Source: Eledone cirrhosa
Lineage: Eukaryota
Length of the DNA: 64,000 bases
NCBI GenBank assembly: GCA_964016885.1
Contig: OZ024741.1
Coordinates: forward strand, 287,680,001 to 287,744,000
Reading direction: 5' to 3'
In this document: piece by piece, positions 39,991 to 54,000 of the stretch
Position numbering within the stretch: the first letter of the stretch is position 1
How the letters are laid out: each line of letters begins with the position of its first letter
The notes under the pieces: generated by a model
The model's database searches: none
The model's input: only the letters and a program-made list of their open reading frames with translations
Told to the model about the DNA's origin: nothing
Position numbers and translations under genes: made by a program

Positions 39991-40655
39991 TTTCTCGTAT
40001 ATCAGTATTTATTTGGGGGGGGGGGATTCTGAATTAATTTTCCGTATCAAATTTTTCATATACTTCGTACGAGCATTTATGTAGTTTGCACTAGAATTTT
40101 TGTTTCGTAGCGGCACCCTTGGAGATAGTATTAGTATTCATTTTCGGGATTCTGAATTATTATTTCGTATTAGTTTATTTTTTGCACTGGGTGGTTGCTG
40201 GCCTTGTGCCTAGGGTAGAAACAATTATTTCGTATTAGTCTCGGGACTCTGAATTATTATTTCGTGGTAGTTTCTTTAGTATGTCTGGAAAGCATGTCTG
40301 ACCCTCTACCGATACTGCCAATTCACCGCCCATTATTGCTATATAATCCCAACACTAAACACTTGAGCTACACTGTATTGAGTACTCACCACCATCCCTT
40401 CATCACCACATACTCGACGATCAGAGATTCCAGAAATATGCCATATACGCAACATACACTGTTTTTTTAGGATATAAAATGTCATTATTCATAGTTTTAA
40501 GTAGCTATGTGAGGATATATGAAAATCATTTATGATTTTTATTTAAATAAATATAAAAAAATAAAAACTAGGAAAATTGAGAAAAAGCCAGTTTTTATTA
40601 TTGATGTACAAACACTCACACACACACACATATACATATATACATATATATATAC

Positions 40656-40714
<59 letters not shown>

Positions 40715-40799
40715 CACATATATATATATACAAATATATACATGTATATACACACATACACACACACACACATATATATATATATATTATATATATTTG

Positions 40800-40878
<79 letters not shown>

Positions 40879-41307
40879 GTATCTAATGAGTTCCTGTTTA
40901 TATGTATGTTTATGTTGCGTTATATGCGTTTATGCGTATGTTTGTGAATTTGGAAACAAAATGCCATTAGCAAATAGAGTTGCAAGCAATTAAGATTTAC
41001 TACTTATATGAAGTAGGAGGGGGTGAGAGGGGGCAGGAGGAGGAGGAGGGGGAGGAGGAGGATATTATGGATTTAACACAATGTTGTTGTCGTTAATGGT
41101 GGTGGTGGTAGCGGCGCTGCTGATGGAGATGATGCTGTTGGCTGTGATGAGGTGGGGCTGATGTTGGTGATCGTGGTGATGGCGACGGCTGTTTTGGGTG
41201 ATAATGATGGTGACGGTAGTGGTGTTGGTGGTAGTAGTAATAGCAGTGATGATGGTTGTGTTGGTGGTAGTAATGGTTGTGTATGTAGATATATAAATAT
41301 ATATTAA

Positions 41308-43826
41308 CTAGCAGAAGTACCCGGCGTTGCCCGGGTGTAAGTCGACCTTTGGTCTGTTAGAATGTGTGAAAGTTACTTCCCGCGCATCACAGGTTCAAAA
41401 CTTCGAACTTCAATGGAAAAATATAGGTTAGTAGACACAGGTGTGTAATTTATTAATTGTAGTTACACAGTGTATCGTTGAAATTGTTCTCTGCACGACT
41501 GACGGAAGTCAAAATCGCTTGATATTGAATGTTCAGTTAATTTAAAGCAGGGTGAAAATGTCGATTACTTTCAGGGTTTTTTTTTTTTTACAATTTTTGC
41601 GCTCACATGTGCAGAAGAAGAATTAAAAGGGCCTTTATCTTAACCGCGGCATAATGACGAGTCTTTTGTGACAGTTTTCAAGAATATAGGACGTTCCTGT
41701 AAAAAATGTTCCCATGTGTAACTTTGCCTTATTTTTTTTGCGCAAAGTCGAGCCCCGCTTCAGTTTTATTGATTTTTTTACATCAATGCGTGATCTCTGA
41801 AGTAGATTTGAGTAGCTAAAACCCTGTCCCGGTAAATTTGCTATAGGTGAAAAAAAGTTGATCAAAATTGTATCTAGGGTTATTGCCCTTTGCCACAGCC
41901 TCAAGCCTCGTCTGACGGGATGTTGGTGATTCCTCCGTCAGCGCTTGTTGGCGACGAAGGCGAACATCAGCAAGCCTTGTCGTACGTGATGTTGGTGACT
42001 CAACCAGCCGGGAAAGACGTCTATCAGCGAGTCGAGATTCGCGCTCAGCAGGTGTTTCCGAGAGAAAATTAATTAATTCTACTGGTTAGCTAAGCCAATG
42101 GCAGTGTCAATAGTAAATGAGAAAAGTCTAACATGAACAAAAGCGAATCAAGGTAAGACAATAAATTTAATATAACTACGATTAGAATGTTGTAGTTGCT
42201 TAAAAGTGGTGACAGTTAGGATAAACGCAGTACTTGCTAACATTAAGGGAGAATATTGCATAAAGGATTAATCAATTGTGAATGAACTCATACCTGAGAA
42301 CGCCTAATTCGTTGTCTCAAAGCAATAGCTGTACCTTTTTTGGAGGTAAGTCTTGAACGTTTCCGTGTGGGCATAACGACGTGTAACGAAGCTGTTAGGT
42401 TAGAGAGAGGTGATTAAATACAGAGAGAGATTACACCAGATTCGTTAGCATGGTTACTGGTGAATGGGAAGGTTTGGAAATATGATTACAATAACTTACC
42501 GAATTTTCCCGTCTATAAATTGCACTTAAAATAATTAAATTTAATCAAAAAACAGCTCTGCGCTTTATACTCCGGTGAGCCTTATGTATAAATAATACAA
42601 TGGTAATCAATCACGGCTCTAACAGAAGTAATAGATCTAGACTAAAAGTAAAGAAGATAGCATTTTCTGGTTGGCCTTACACACCGTTGCGCGGACCTGA
42701 TTTTAAATGATACGCCTTATATCCTGGTGAGCCTCATAGAGCGGAAAATATCTATTGGAAAAGAATACGAATTCATGACCAAGGTGTGACAAAATAGGCG
42801 TCTATACATCGCCTGAAACAAACTTGTCCAAAACCCTAGGATTTTTCTCGTTAAGTATCCCCCCAAAAGGAACCGTTTTTTAGTTACAAAAAATAACCAA
42901 AGTGTATAGTAGCTATATTTCTGACATATCATGCCAAAAAGAACAATATATTCAAAAAATGTTCTAAAGTACATTCAATCTCTCTTTTTGACCGATATCT
43001 TAATAAGCAAGTTATCTTTTTTTATTGGCTGTCAGTGTCTATCTGCATGCAGGTGTGCACGTGTGCGCAATTAATTTCAAATACGCTCATAACATTTAGT
43101 CGTAAGCAGAACAAAAAATGCCATTAGAGGTGGGCTAATAATGAAGACACAAACCCTGGTGAACTTACGTTTAAACACCCGAAAAGTTACTCACTTCCTG
43201 TGCAAAAGACTGTATTATAAATTAAGTAATTTTTTAGAATCTTTTGTTTAAAAAAGGAAAACATTGGTACGACGTAAATTTTTTTACTTGTATTGTATGT
43301 GTACAACACAACTTGGTCAACGTATTATTTAGTAATTTTTTTTTCAAAAAGCATGATTATTTAAGACTGTTTGAAAATTTACTCACAGCTTTTAGGTTCA
43401 CAAAAGACACCATTAAATTTGGTTCCCTTTTCAGATAGGGATAATACTGTATTTCCACTTGAATAAGGTGGAATATGAAAAGAGAAACTCTTTAATGGTC
43501 GGTCGTTTACTGAGACAGCTGGGAAGACATGCAGCTGGCCGTCCAATCAATAACGCACGTCCTTATATGGGCATATGAAATTTATTTTTATTGCACCAGA
43601 TGTAAACTAAGAGTTCTTGTGTTCGAATTCACATAAAATTTCATTGGAATCGAAAAATATTCTGTCATAGGGCCCGATTATCGATTTTTCGAAAATTTCA
43701 AGTAGCCTATTCCACTCTACGCGTTGAGTTTTATATATGTGTGAGGTTTCATGAAAATTGGATGAACGGTGTAGCCTGCAAGTTCGGTACACTAAACAAT
43801 GTCCATCTTCCCTTTATATATATAGA
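41308..43826 (-). mobile_element. Non-autonomous Helitron (~2.5 kb)
   Basis: Minus strand 5' A|TCTATATATATAAAG; 3' hairpin CCCGGGCAACGCCGGG followed by TACTTCTGCTAG|T; 3' end nearly the same as 8802-8829. Confidence 0.9.
41816..42374 (-). pseudogene. Two-exon remnant of a RepHel N-terminus with STPR-like repeats
   Basis: Exon 1 (42374-42294) MPTRKRSRLTSKKGTAIALRQRIRRSQ; GTATGA donor; exon 2 from 42058 ETPAERESRL..ESPTSRTTRL..ESPTSRQTRL. Confidence 0.7.
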
Positions 43827-43834
43827 TATATATC

Positions 43835-44260
43835 CTAATTGATTGACACCACGAAAGTTAATCATATGCAAATTAGTACGTCCATTTCAGAATAATACAA
43901 AGAGTGAATGGGTATATAAGTCCATCAAAAACCTGATTTCAACCTGGTTGTTTGGATTATATGAACCTTTTCTGATGAGGGCCCAACTAGATCCAAAAAT
44001 CGACTGAAGGTTTTTACTTTTATTTTAATTTACACGGAAATACGTAGTTTCTGGCATGTTTACATGTCTACATATTAAATATGTCTGTATTTATGCGCAT
44101 ATTTGTGCAGTCTCCGTTACCTACGATGTAGGCATGCATGTAATTTTATCGTATATATATATATCCTGACATTTGTAGATTATTCTATGTACTATAATGC
44201 ACCTTTGATGAGTTGTAGTGCACCTGAGCACTGTACACAATAATTTCATTATTATTATTA
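43835..44260 (+). mobile_element. Old PLE-like 3' end with a degenerate hammerhead at 43964-44012
   Basis: HQKPDFN remnant, then AACCTTTT-CTGATGA-GGGCC(CAACTA)GATCC-AAAA...GAAGGTT; (ATT)n end. Confidence 0.5.
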
Positions 44261-45054
44261 TCCCCAATTTTTTCAGCCTCAAATCGTTATACCTCATATT
44301 TACTCACAACTCTCTTCTAGTTAAAAATGTATGCTCTGTAGTACTTTTTGTAGAAGCAAAAACATACTTCAAAATTTCAATCTTACTGTTCACTCCGTTA
44401 TATATAGAAAAGGGTACTCAATACCGAAATAGAGATTTAATATTCATTTTATTAAATATATAAATTAAGAATATATATTTATATATAATTAAAACTGAAA
44501 CGAAGTCATCGGATAGGACCGATATACCTTCTATCGTTTTCTCACTCACTCAATGCTTTAAGTCAGTATCATTAAGATACCAACCAAAGGGAAAGCAGAG
44601 TGCACACTAACAAGTTAAACAATGAGAAAAACGATTTCATGTGGTTAGAGAGTTTGATTCTCTGGCGACAGTCCATATGAAACTGGCGTGCATAGAAATT
44701 AGGTAATGTTTTAAGCATTAAGTAATTGGCTAAGACCAGCTTCATCAGCGGGGAATTAGCCTCTTTGGAACAGATCAGTTTCTAACCCATTCTCTTTGTG
44801 TGAATTCTCCATTGCAGTAGTAAGCTCTACATACAGTGTCACATGAGAGTGAAGGGGAGGTAAGTAACACTGCCTATTTTCAAAGAACGTTTTTCAAATT
44901 GAAAAAAAAAAAAAAAATGAACCACGAAGCACTCAACCAAGGTTTCAGTATAGAAAGGCAAAATTGCAAACAATTAATAAAAATTGAACTATAATAAACA
45001 GAGTAAAAAGTTCAACTTTCAATTTGGATCCGGGTTATTCCTGAAAGCTTAAAT

Positions 45055-45231
45055 AATAATTGTTTCTACTTTTGGCACAAGCAATTATCCCAGTGCATTA
45101 CTGGTACTTTATTTTATCGACCCCGTAAGGATGAAAGGCAAAGTTAACCTCGGCGGGATTTGAACTCAGAATGGCAAGGGCCGTAACTATGCTAGAAAGC
45201 ATGGCGTCCAACCCTCTACCGATACTGCCAA
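45055..45231 (-). mobile_element. tRNA-derived SINE, same family as 12894-14490; further fragments at 33008-33062 (-), 40196-40229 (+), 40291-40330 (-), 49895-49996 (-), 50138-50200 (-)
   Basis: Reverse complement of the array unit, including the B-box. Confidence 0.9.
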
Positions 45232-45796
45232 ATAATGAACATCGATACTGTTAGCATTATTTTTATCCTCCTTGTCATAATTCTTATCCCAAGCGTCTTT
45301 TCAATGTCAAAATGATGTTAACAGCAAGAACTATTATGGTAGTGATCTATTCTTTCATAGGTGATACATACAATGCAAAAGTTGTCATAAAAAATATTAC
45401 TAAACGTCTGAAGATATACATATTATATGCGTCAAAGCATGGCGTCCGATCCTCTACCGATCCTCAGCGGTACATACTGAGTTCGATATGAGCTGATTGC
45501 TTGCTCTTCACATGGATGTGTATATACCTAGACACACTTTTTTGGACGGATGTGTATACACCATAACATACACTATTTGGAGATACGGATGTTACAATTC
45601 AATCTATACACGTATAGCAGAAGACTGAACTGAATTTACTTGCTTGTGTGTGTGTGTGTGTGTGTGTATGGGGCTGTGGTTGACCCAATATTTCCAATTT
45701 GCATCGACAAATTGAGATTTAACCAATGTAGCATTTGTTGTTTTGTAAACTAACTTTTCGGTGAATGCTATGTTGGTATATTCTTATATTTATTGT

Positions 45797-45988
45797 TTTT
45801 CTTTGACATCGCTTCGGTGTGTGTGTACCCACTCACACTAATTGTGACCGTCTATGGTTCTACAGATTTGATAATGTGTTGATGTGTGTATATATATTTT
45901 TTTTTTCTTTGACTTCGAGTCGGTGTGTGTGTGCGTACCCACTCACATTAACTGTGACCGACTGTATTTCTACAGATTTGATTGATGT
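45797..45988. repeat. Diverged ~105-bp tandem duplication
   Basis: TTTCTTTGAC..CGGTGTGTGTG..TACCCACTCACA..TGTGACCG..TTCTACAGATTTGAT occurs twice. Confidence 0.7.
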
Positions 45989-46162
45989 CCAGCGTCTTTT
46001 GCAGCTATTGGGATATAGAAATTTGATTGTTTTATGACCTTAACTGAAGTTGATAGCAGTCGCCGCATTTTGACTGCTTGATCTTCATATGAGGGAATAA
46101 ACTTTGTGAGTGAACATAGCTAATTTTCTCCCTCATATCAAGAATTTGAAGACAATTCATTT

Positions 46163-46236
46163 TCACCTGATGAGATCAGTGATAATTGATCATGGCTTTA
46201 CGATCGATCTATCTCTTATTGAAACATGTGTCGTGA
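46163..46236 (+). ncRNA. Type-I hammerhead motif with long imperfect stem II; element ends at (TA)n near 46425
   Basis: TCAC-CTGATGA-GATCAGTGATA...TATCTCTTATT-GAAA-CATGTG-TC-GTGA. Confidence 0.7.
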
Positions 46237-46489
46237 TTAAAATGATTGGAAATTTTACCTTGCCTTCGGATTTTCATTTTGCTACTAATACTCTGTTTTA
46301 CATCATCTAGTTGTTCCCTTGAATGGAATTGGAGATATACTAAAGCGTGGAGAACTTAATATTGCTAACAAAAATGTATTGGACCGTTTTGCACAACCAA
46401 TAATACACCTTACTACATAACAACTATATATATATATATATATATATTTATATACTTCGGATATTACCTTTCAGTGTTCTACCACTATA

Positions 46490-47469
<980 letters not shown>

Positions 47470-48472
47470 TATATTTGACGGATATATGTATGATATATAT
47501 CATACATTGAGTTAGAAACTCAAAATAGTCCTTTACAATTAGATAGCTCAAAGAAAGAAATTTTTCCGAGCCGTGCAACATAATATATATGAGAGAGATT
47601 AACACAGATATAAGTATACATGTGTTCCAATTGCAACGGACCAAGTTAACTAGGTTGAAAGAAATACTAACTTAATACAATATGGTTTGCCTGACTCAAT
47701 TTAAAGTAATAAATCAATAAAAATAACAAACCTATATCGGTCAAAAGCCTTTGATATATATATATAACGCATGAATAAGTCGAACTCTTCATAGAAAAGA
47801 GTAAAGTTAGAAATGAGAGGAGGATGAAAGAGAAAGAAAGAAGAAAGTAAAAGAAAAAAGACAAATGTAGTGGGCTTCCACACATGCTTCCATTAAACAA
47901 AACCAGATCCTCCTTATAAGATGGGAATCAACCCTATGCTATATTAGAGAACCCTTTCCCAATTCTCCGTATAGTTATGAGAAAAACAGAACCACAGCAT
48001 TATAAAGCGAACATTTTAACCACACAACCATCCCGGATTCGATTTTTCAACGGTAATTGTCTCATCAACCCTGGGACAATGAAAGCCAATTAGCAAATAA
48101 TAGCGATGGTGGCTGGATGTGAAACCAGAATATAAAGGGAGATAACTAAATGCCAACATTCTACAGAGATTAGATTGTCTACAATCATCTTCATTGCAAA
48201 AGAAAAATATTTCGAAATCCTATTAATTTTGAATTGTTTAAAATATTCGTGAGAGTAAATACTTTTGATAAGGTATTCGCAAGAGTAAATATTCTGATAA
48301 CTTATTGAAATATGCAGCATTTATATGGCTTCGTTGCTAAATATATATCAAACCAGGCAGTTGTAATAGCTATAATAAAAGCTATTATATGAAAAATTTC
48401 AGTCTACGAAAAGTTTCTATTTATTCGACCTCTAGATAGTATACACCACACACACACACAAACACATATATT

Positions 48473-48507
<35 letters not shown>

Positions 48508-49132
48508 GAGAGTATTGAAGTTTGCTTGAAGCATTGTGGAACAATAAGTAAATATCTTTAAGTCGTTTGGAAGCCTCGACAATGCAAATGGGTAAATCTC
48601 CGGGTAACAAGGTCCGGTGGTGGAGAGAGAGATGTAAGTGGGTGTACGTTGAGAAGCGTGGTGTGTATAAGATGTGTGAGATGTGTAGAATGAAGGGAAG
48701 AGTATAAAGGATAAAATTAAAATAACAACACACGAGAGAGTTACCTTGGGAGAGATTTAATAGTCCCTATATATTTCGGATTCACATCCATCAACTGGGG
48801 GTTTTTTCCGGGGTGGGGGAAAAGGTTGTCTGTCGGACGCGTTCCGGACTTGTCCGACAGACAACCTTTTCCCCCACCCCGGAAAAAACCCCCAGTTGAT
48901 GGATGTGAATCCGAAATATATAGGGACTATTAAATCTCTCCCAAGGTAACTCTCTCGTGTGTTGTTATTTTAATTTTATCCTTTATACTCTTCCCTTCAT
49001 TCTACATATCTCACACATCTTATACACACCACGCTTCTCAACGTACACCCACTTACATCTCTCTCTCCACCACCGGACCTTGTTACCCGGAGATTTACCC
49101 ATTTGCATTGTCGAGGCTTCCAAACGACTTAA

Positions 49133-49138
<6 letters not shown>
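48508..49138. mobile_element. (TA)n-flanked palindrome of a PLE terminal repeat; arms 48552-48838 / 48852-49138; variant hammerheads at 48765-48800 (-) and 48890-48925 (+)
   Basis: ~287-bp near-perfect inverted repeat; left terminus CTTGAAGCATTGTG is shared with the PLE 3' end at 62157-62190. Confidence 0.85.
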
Positions 49139-49190
<52 letters not shown>

Positions 49191-49327
49191 AGAAACACAG
49201 TAAACCGTGTGTCTAATATTACGAGGGTTGAAAGACCACATTTGTTTGAAAAATTTAACCATGAAGCAGACAGAATGATAAAATAAAATTAAATTATATT
49301 ATACAAACCGCCTCAATAACAATTATA

Positions 49328-49408
49328 TCTCTCGGACAGATTAGGGATAATCTGTTTCGTCCAGAGTGTGTGTTGCAACAGATAATCCAGGGCATCATCA
49401 GCGAGAGA
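49328..49408 (-). ncRNA. Type-I hammerhead ribozyme (mirror copy, one stem II mismatch)
   Basis: Reverse complement of 49657-49736 with GGAC instead of GGGC in stem II. Confidence 0.8.
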
Positions 49409-49656
49409 ATCTGATTAAATGCGACAAACACAATAGTACCAACGTTCACACAGAAAGATGAATTTATCACCTCGTGCGCCGCAAGTCAAAAGTGGTATGA
49501 GTGTATTGGTTAGAAACAACAGTCCAACACACGAAACTTAATAAGCTCACCTCATGAGGGAGCCGAAATATAAATGAAAGTTAGAGTTAATAAGGTGATA
49601 AATTCATCTTTCTGTGTGAACGTTGGTACTATTGTGTTTGTCGCATTTAATCAGAT

Positions 49657-49736
49657 TCTCTCGCTGATGATGCCCTGGATTATCTGTTGCAAACACACTC
49701 TGGGCGAAACAGATTATCCCTAATCTGTCCGAGAGA
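49657..49736 (+). ncRNA. Canonical type-I hammerhead ribozyme
   Basis: TCTCTCG-CTGATGA-T-GCCC...GGGC-GAAA-CAGATTA(TCCC)TAATCTG-TC-CGAGAGA; 7-bp stem I, full stem III, GUC cleavage after 49729. Confidence 0.9.
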
Positions 49737-50306
49737 TATAATTGTTATTGAGGCGGTTTGTATAATATTATTTTATTTTATTTTATCATTTTGTCTGCTT
49801 CATGGTTAAATTTTTCAAACAAATGTGGTCTTTCAACCCTCGTAATATTAGACACACGGTTTACTGTGTTTCTTACTACATATATATTATTATTATAATT
49901 GTTTCTACTTTAGGCACAAGGCCAGCAATTACCCAGTGCATTACTGGTACTTTATTTTATCGACCCCGTAAGGATGAAAGGCAAAGTCCACCTCGGGTAT
50001 TATTATTATAATGCTCAGTATTTATGCATGGAGCTTATTCATTACAGGGTTTCAGTAAGAGTTATTAACTCTAACTTTCATTTATATATATATATATTCA
50101 CACACATACATATAATATAATATATAATATAATATAATAATTGTTTCTACTTTTGGCACAAGGCCAGCAATTACCCAGTACATTACTGGTACTTTATTTT
50201 ATATAATATAATACAATAATGTATAATATAGTATTTATATAATATCTCTGTGTGTGTGTACATAAAAAGAGAGAAAGTGGGCAAGAGAGATGAAGGACAG
50301 ACAGAC

Positions 50307-50370
<64 letters not shown>

Positions 50371-50371
<1 letters not shown>

Positions 50372-51020
50372 TATTTCTTTTATTTGCCACTAGGGCATCA
50401 AAAGTGGGACAAGTACAAAGGGGGGAGTTTACACAAAAAGGCGTCCTCAATAAGGAGGAGGCAATAACAAAATATAAAAATAAAATAAGATATAACAAAA
50501 AATAACATTTTTAACAAAATCCTCAATAGAGAGGAGGCGCCTTGGGGGGTCGCACACACCCCCGAAAAAAGTGTGCAACCCTTCTCCTCAGGAGCACAGA
50601 GAAGGGGTGCTCCCTTGGTCTTTCATCTTCCTCACCTATAGTCTGATGTAGAGTGAAGGCCCATTCACACGGGCCATTCTCGCCACTTTCACCCATCTTT
50701 CATAGAAACGGCTGGGGTGCAGCACCTCTCTCTCCATCCTGATCCTTCTTCCGAAATGATATCGGAAGAAACGGACCAGTTGTTGGCCAGAGAGAAAGGT
50801 GCCCGACCTCAGTCCTTTCAGACGCGTCCACCATACAACCTCTTTCGCCATGGCTATTACGCACAGAAACACCGCCTCTGCTTCATCTTTGAAGGGGGGA
50901 GGCGGCTTGATCATTACAATAGACTCGGTGGTCAACCGGATCGGTCCCACCCTTGACAGCAGTTGTTCGACATAGCCCCACAGATCGGCTACGCCCGAGC
51001 AGTGTACTAATGCGTGTGCA
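50371..51020 (-). mobile_element. Tx1 LINE, 5'-truncated
   Basis: ORF2 C-terminus and 3' UTR between (GATA)n at 50307-50370 and 51023-51050. Confidence 0.9.
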
Positions 51021-51050
51021 TTAGATAGATAGATAGATAGATAGATAGAT

Positions 51051-54000
51051 TTCTTTATTAGCCACAAGGGCGCACAAGAAAAGGGGACAAAGACATGCCG
51101 GGGATTTTACATACAGTCGTGTAAAAATATTGAAACAAACAATTATAACAATCGAAATCTCCAATAGAGGGGAGGCGCCACAAATGGGTTGTTTAATACC
51201 CCGTCGATAGAACAACCCTCAACTCCAGGAGCGTGTTGTGCAAGTGCTCCTTTCTTCCTTTTGCTCTCTTCTTCAACCTACAGGTTTATATACAGAGAAG
51301 GCCCAATCGCTAGGGCCATTTTTGCCACATACACCCACCTTTCAGTAAATTTACTGGGGTGCAGTGCCTCTCTCTCCACTCTGATTCTCCTTTTAAAATG
51401 GTATATAAAGAAGGGAATGAGTTGTGTCCGGAGAGAAAGGCATCTGTCTTCAGTCCTCTCAATCTCGTCCACCATACAACCTCTTTCACCATAGCCACTA
51501 TACAGAGGAAAACGGCCTCTCTTTCGTTTTTGAAAGAAGTTGGCGGTTTGATCCTAACTATGGAGTCGGCAGTCAACTGGATTTGTCCCATACGCGGCAG
51601 CAGTTGTTCCGCGTAGTTCCACAGGTCGGTTACGCCTGGGCAGTGTACAATTGCGTGCAAGTCGGTTTCAATGTCCTGCGCGCATCTTGGACACGTCCTC
51701 TTGGAAGGATCCCTGCCAGAGCATCCGTGCCTGTAGATCTTGTCACGAACTGGTAGAGCTCCTCGGTAGCACTGCCAGGCCAGGGAACTCTGGAAGTTTT
51801 CCATGGGTCCCGGGCGGAAAGTCCTACCAAACAGACTGGTGAGTTCGTCGTCTTCGACGCCTAGAGTCTCTCCGAGCACGTCGTCGCCCTTGTGACATAC
51901 TAACCCTCTATAGAATGTCGAAGTGGAGTCTCCACTGATTGCCGTACCCGCTTGACAGGGGACTGTGAGCGCCTGAGCGCATTCAATGTGCCAGGCGCCC
52001 ATCTTCTTCGGTCTTCGCTTGACCCAGACTGCAGCTCCGTCAGGGAGACAAGTTGCGGGAAGGCCTGTCTCACAAACGGGGCTCACACCGGTTGGGGGTC
52101 GGTGAGGATAACCTGTAGATGCCGTAGCCTCAGCGCATGCTTACGCATCATCAGCCACGGCATACCCAGCCCTCCGTTGACAACAGACGGATCTCCTCAC
52201 CAGTGGAGCCTGCTTCTTCCAAAGGAACTGGAAGAGCATACGTTCCATCTTGGTGAGGTGTTCACGGGGACAAGCGGCAGTAGATGACGGACTCTGTGAA
52301 AGTGTTCGCCACCTCCGCTCGACCTTTCAAGGATAGTTTGCACTCTGCCCATTTCTGGGTGAGCGCAAATACCTTGGCCGTGACCTCGTTCCAGTTTTTC
52401 TCCATCTGGAGGTCTGGACCGAACCAGACCCCGAGCAATTTCACCGGTCCGTCCGTCCAGCGTCCGACGACGCTGTCGGACGGCATCGGTTTGCCTCTCC
52501 ACGTTCCGAGTTGCAAACCGACAGACTTGTTCGGATTCAGTTTTGCTCCTGTGAGCCTTTCATATTCCTGCAGAAAGTTGCCGATCGCCCCGATTTCGGA
52601 GGCTTCCGATACCATTACCGTTACGCTTTCCGCAGTCCCAGCAGCTGCAGCAGCTCCAGCTTCCGTAATAGTGGCTCTAGTGTCAGTACGTACAAAATAG
52701 AGGAGAGAGGGCATCCCTGTCGAATGGAACGCGTGATTGCGAACGGTTCCGATAGGTAGCCGTTCACCTTGACCATCGAGCAGATGTTGGTGTGCATTGC
52801 GGCGATCCAGCCTCTGAAGACGGGTCCGAAACTTGCCGCCTTGAGAACCGCTTACAAGTATCGATGGTCGACCCTATCGAACGCCTTAGACTGATCTAAA
52901 TTGATCAGAGCCCCACCAAAGCCGGGTTTACACCCCACCCTCTCTATGATGTATAGCATGAGGTGGAGGTTGTCGTGTATGGACCTGGTCGGGATTGCAC
53001 ACGTTTGCGCTTTCCCTACCAGGTTCTCGACAACAAGCGCCAACCTCGTTGCCAACTCCTTGGCCAAAATCTTTAACTCTGTGTTGAGCAGAGTTATGGG
53101 CCTAAAGTTGCTTAGTTCGTCCCCCTTGTTCTCGTTTTTCCTGATCAGCATTACTACGCCCCTGCCTGCAGAACTAGGAATTCTCCCGTTCTGCTGCCAG
53201 TTGCAGTAGACGGCCTCGAGGATGCCAGAGAACAAGTCCAGCATGCCTATGTAAAATTCATAGGGTAGACCATCTAGACCGGGTGATTTGCGTTTCCAGC
53301 AGCGGCCCAAAGCGTCCCGTATCTCAGTGGCTGTGATCGGTCTTTCGCAGAACTCGGAGTCCGTGTTCGAGAGACGCGGCAGGCTGTCGAAGTATGAACT
53401 AAAGTCCATTGCCCCGTTCGGCTCACCTCGTTCGCGCAAAGTGCCACTGAAAGGCCGCGCACATCCGCTTGGGGTCAAGTAGCACGGGTCCGTTTGGGTC
53501 TTTTAAAGACCGAATCGTGGACTTGTTGCCACTTTTCGCCTCTGTCACTCGGGCCCAGCTAACAGCTTTCGCTCCCTCATTTCCTAGAGCACGTGATTTA
53601 CTTCTGACCACGCAGCCTTCGTGTTTCGCGTCGAAGAACTGGTCCAGTGCCGTTCTCGTTGCTAGCACTCTATCTACGTTGTCACTCCTAAGCGCCTCCT
53701 CTTCCTTGGCTACTAGTTCTGTTTCTGTTTTGTTTCTCTCTAAGGCTAACATTCTGCTAAAGTCTATCGACTCTACTCTAATTGCTTTCTTGAGGGAGTA
53801 CCACCATCTGTTGTTGACGATGGCACCTATGAATTGTTGCTTAACTAATCTATTTATCCGTTCACTGTAGGCTTTACGTGTCGGTAGCGACACGTTCAGC
53901 TTCCAGTATCCGGGTCCTTGTCTATGTATTCTATCACGGTTGACTATGCAGATGACTAGTTTGTAGTCTGAATAGGCAACCATGTGCATTTGTGGACAGC

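Larger units (their letters stand above)
49186..49878. mobile_element. (TA)n-flanked palindromic element, arms 49186-49472 / 49593-49878, 120-bp spacer
   Basis: Inverted repeat with a few mismatches; one full hammerhead per arm. Confidence 0.88.

Noticed and set aside
44690-44752. Minus-strand CTGATGA-AGCTGG...CCAGTT as a hammerhead
   Set aside because: No GAAA follows stem II and no stem I partner was found.
49545-49580. CTCATGA-GGGAGCC-GAAA-TATA in the palindrome spacer
   Set aside because: Invariant G5 is missing and stem I does not form.
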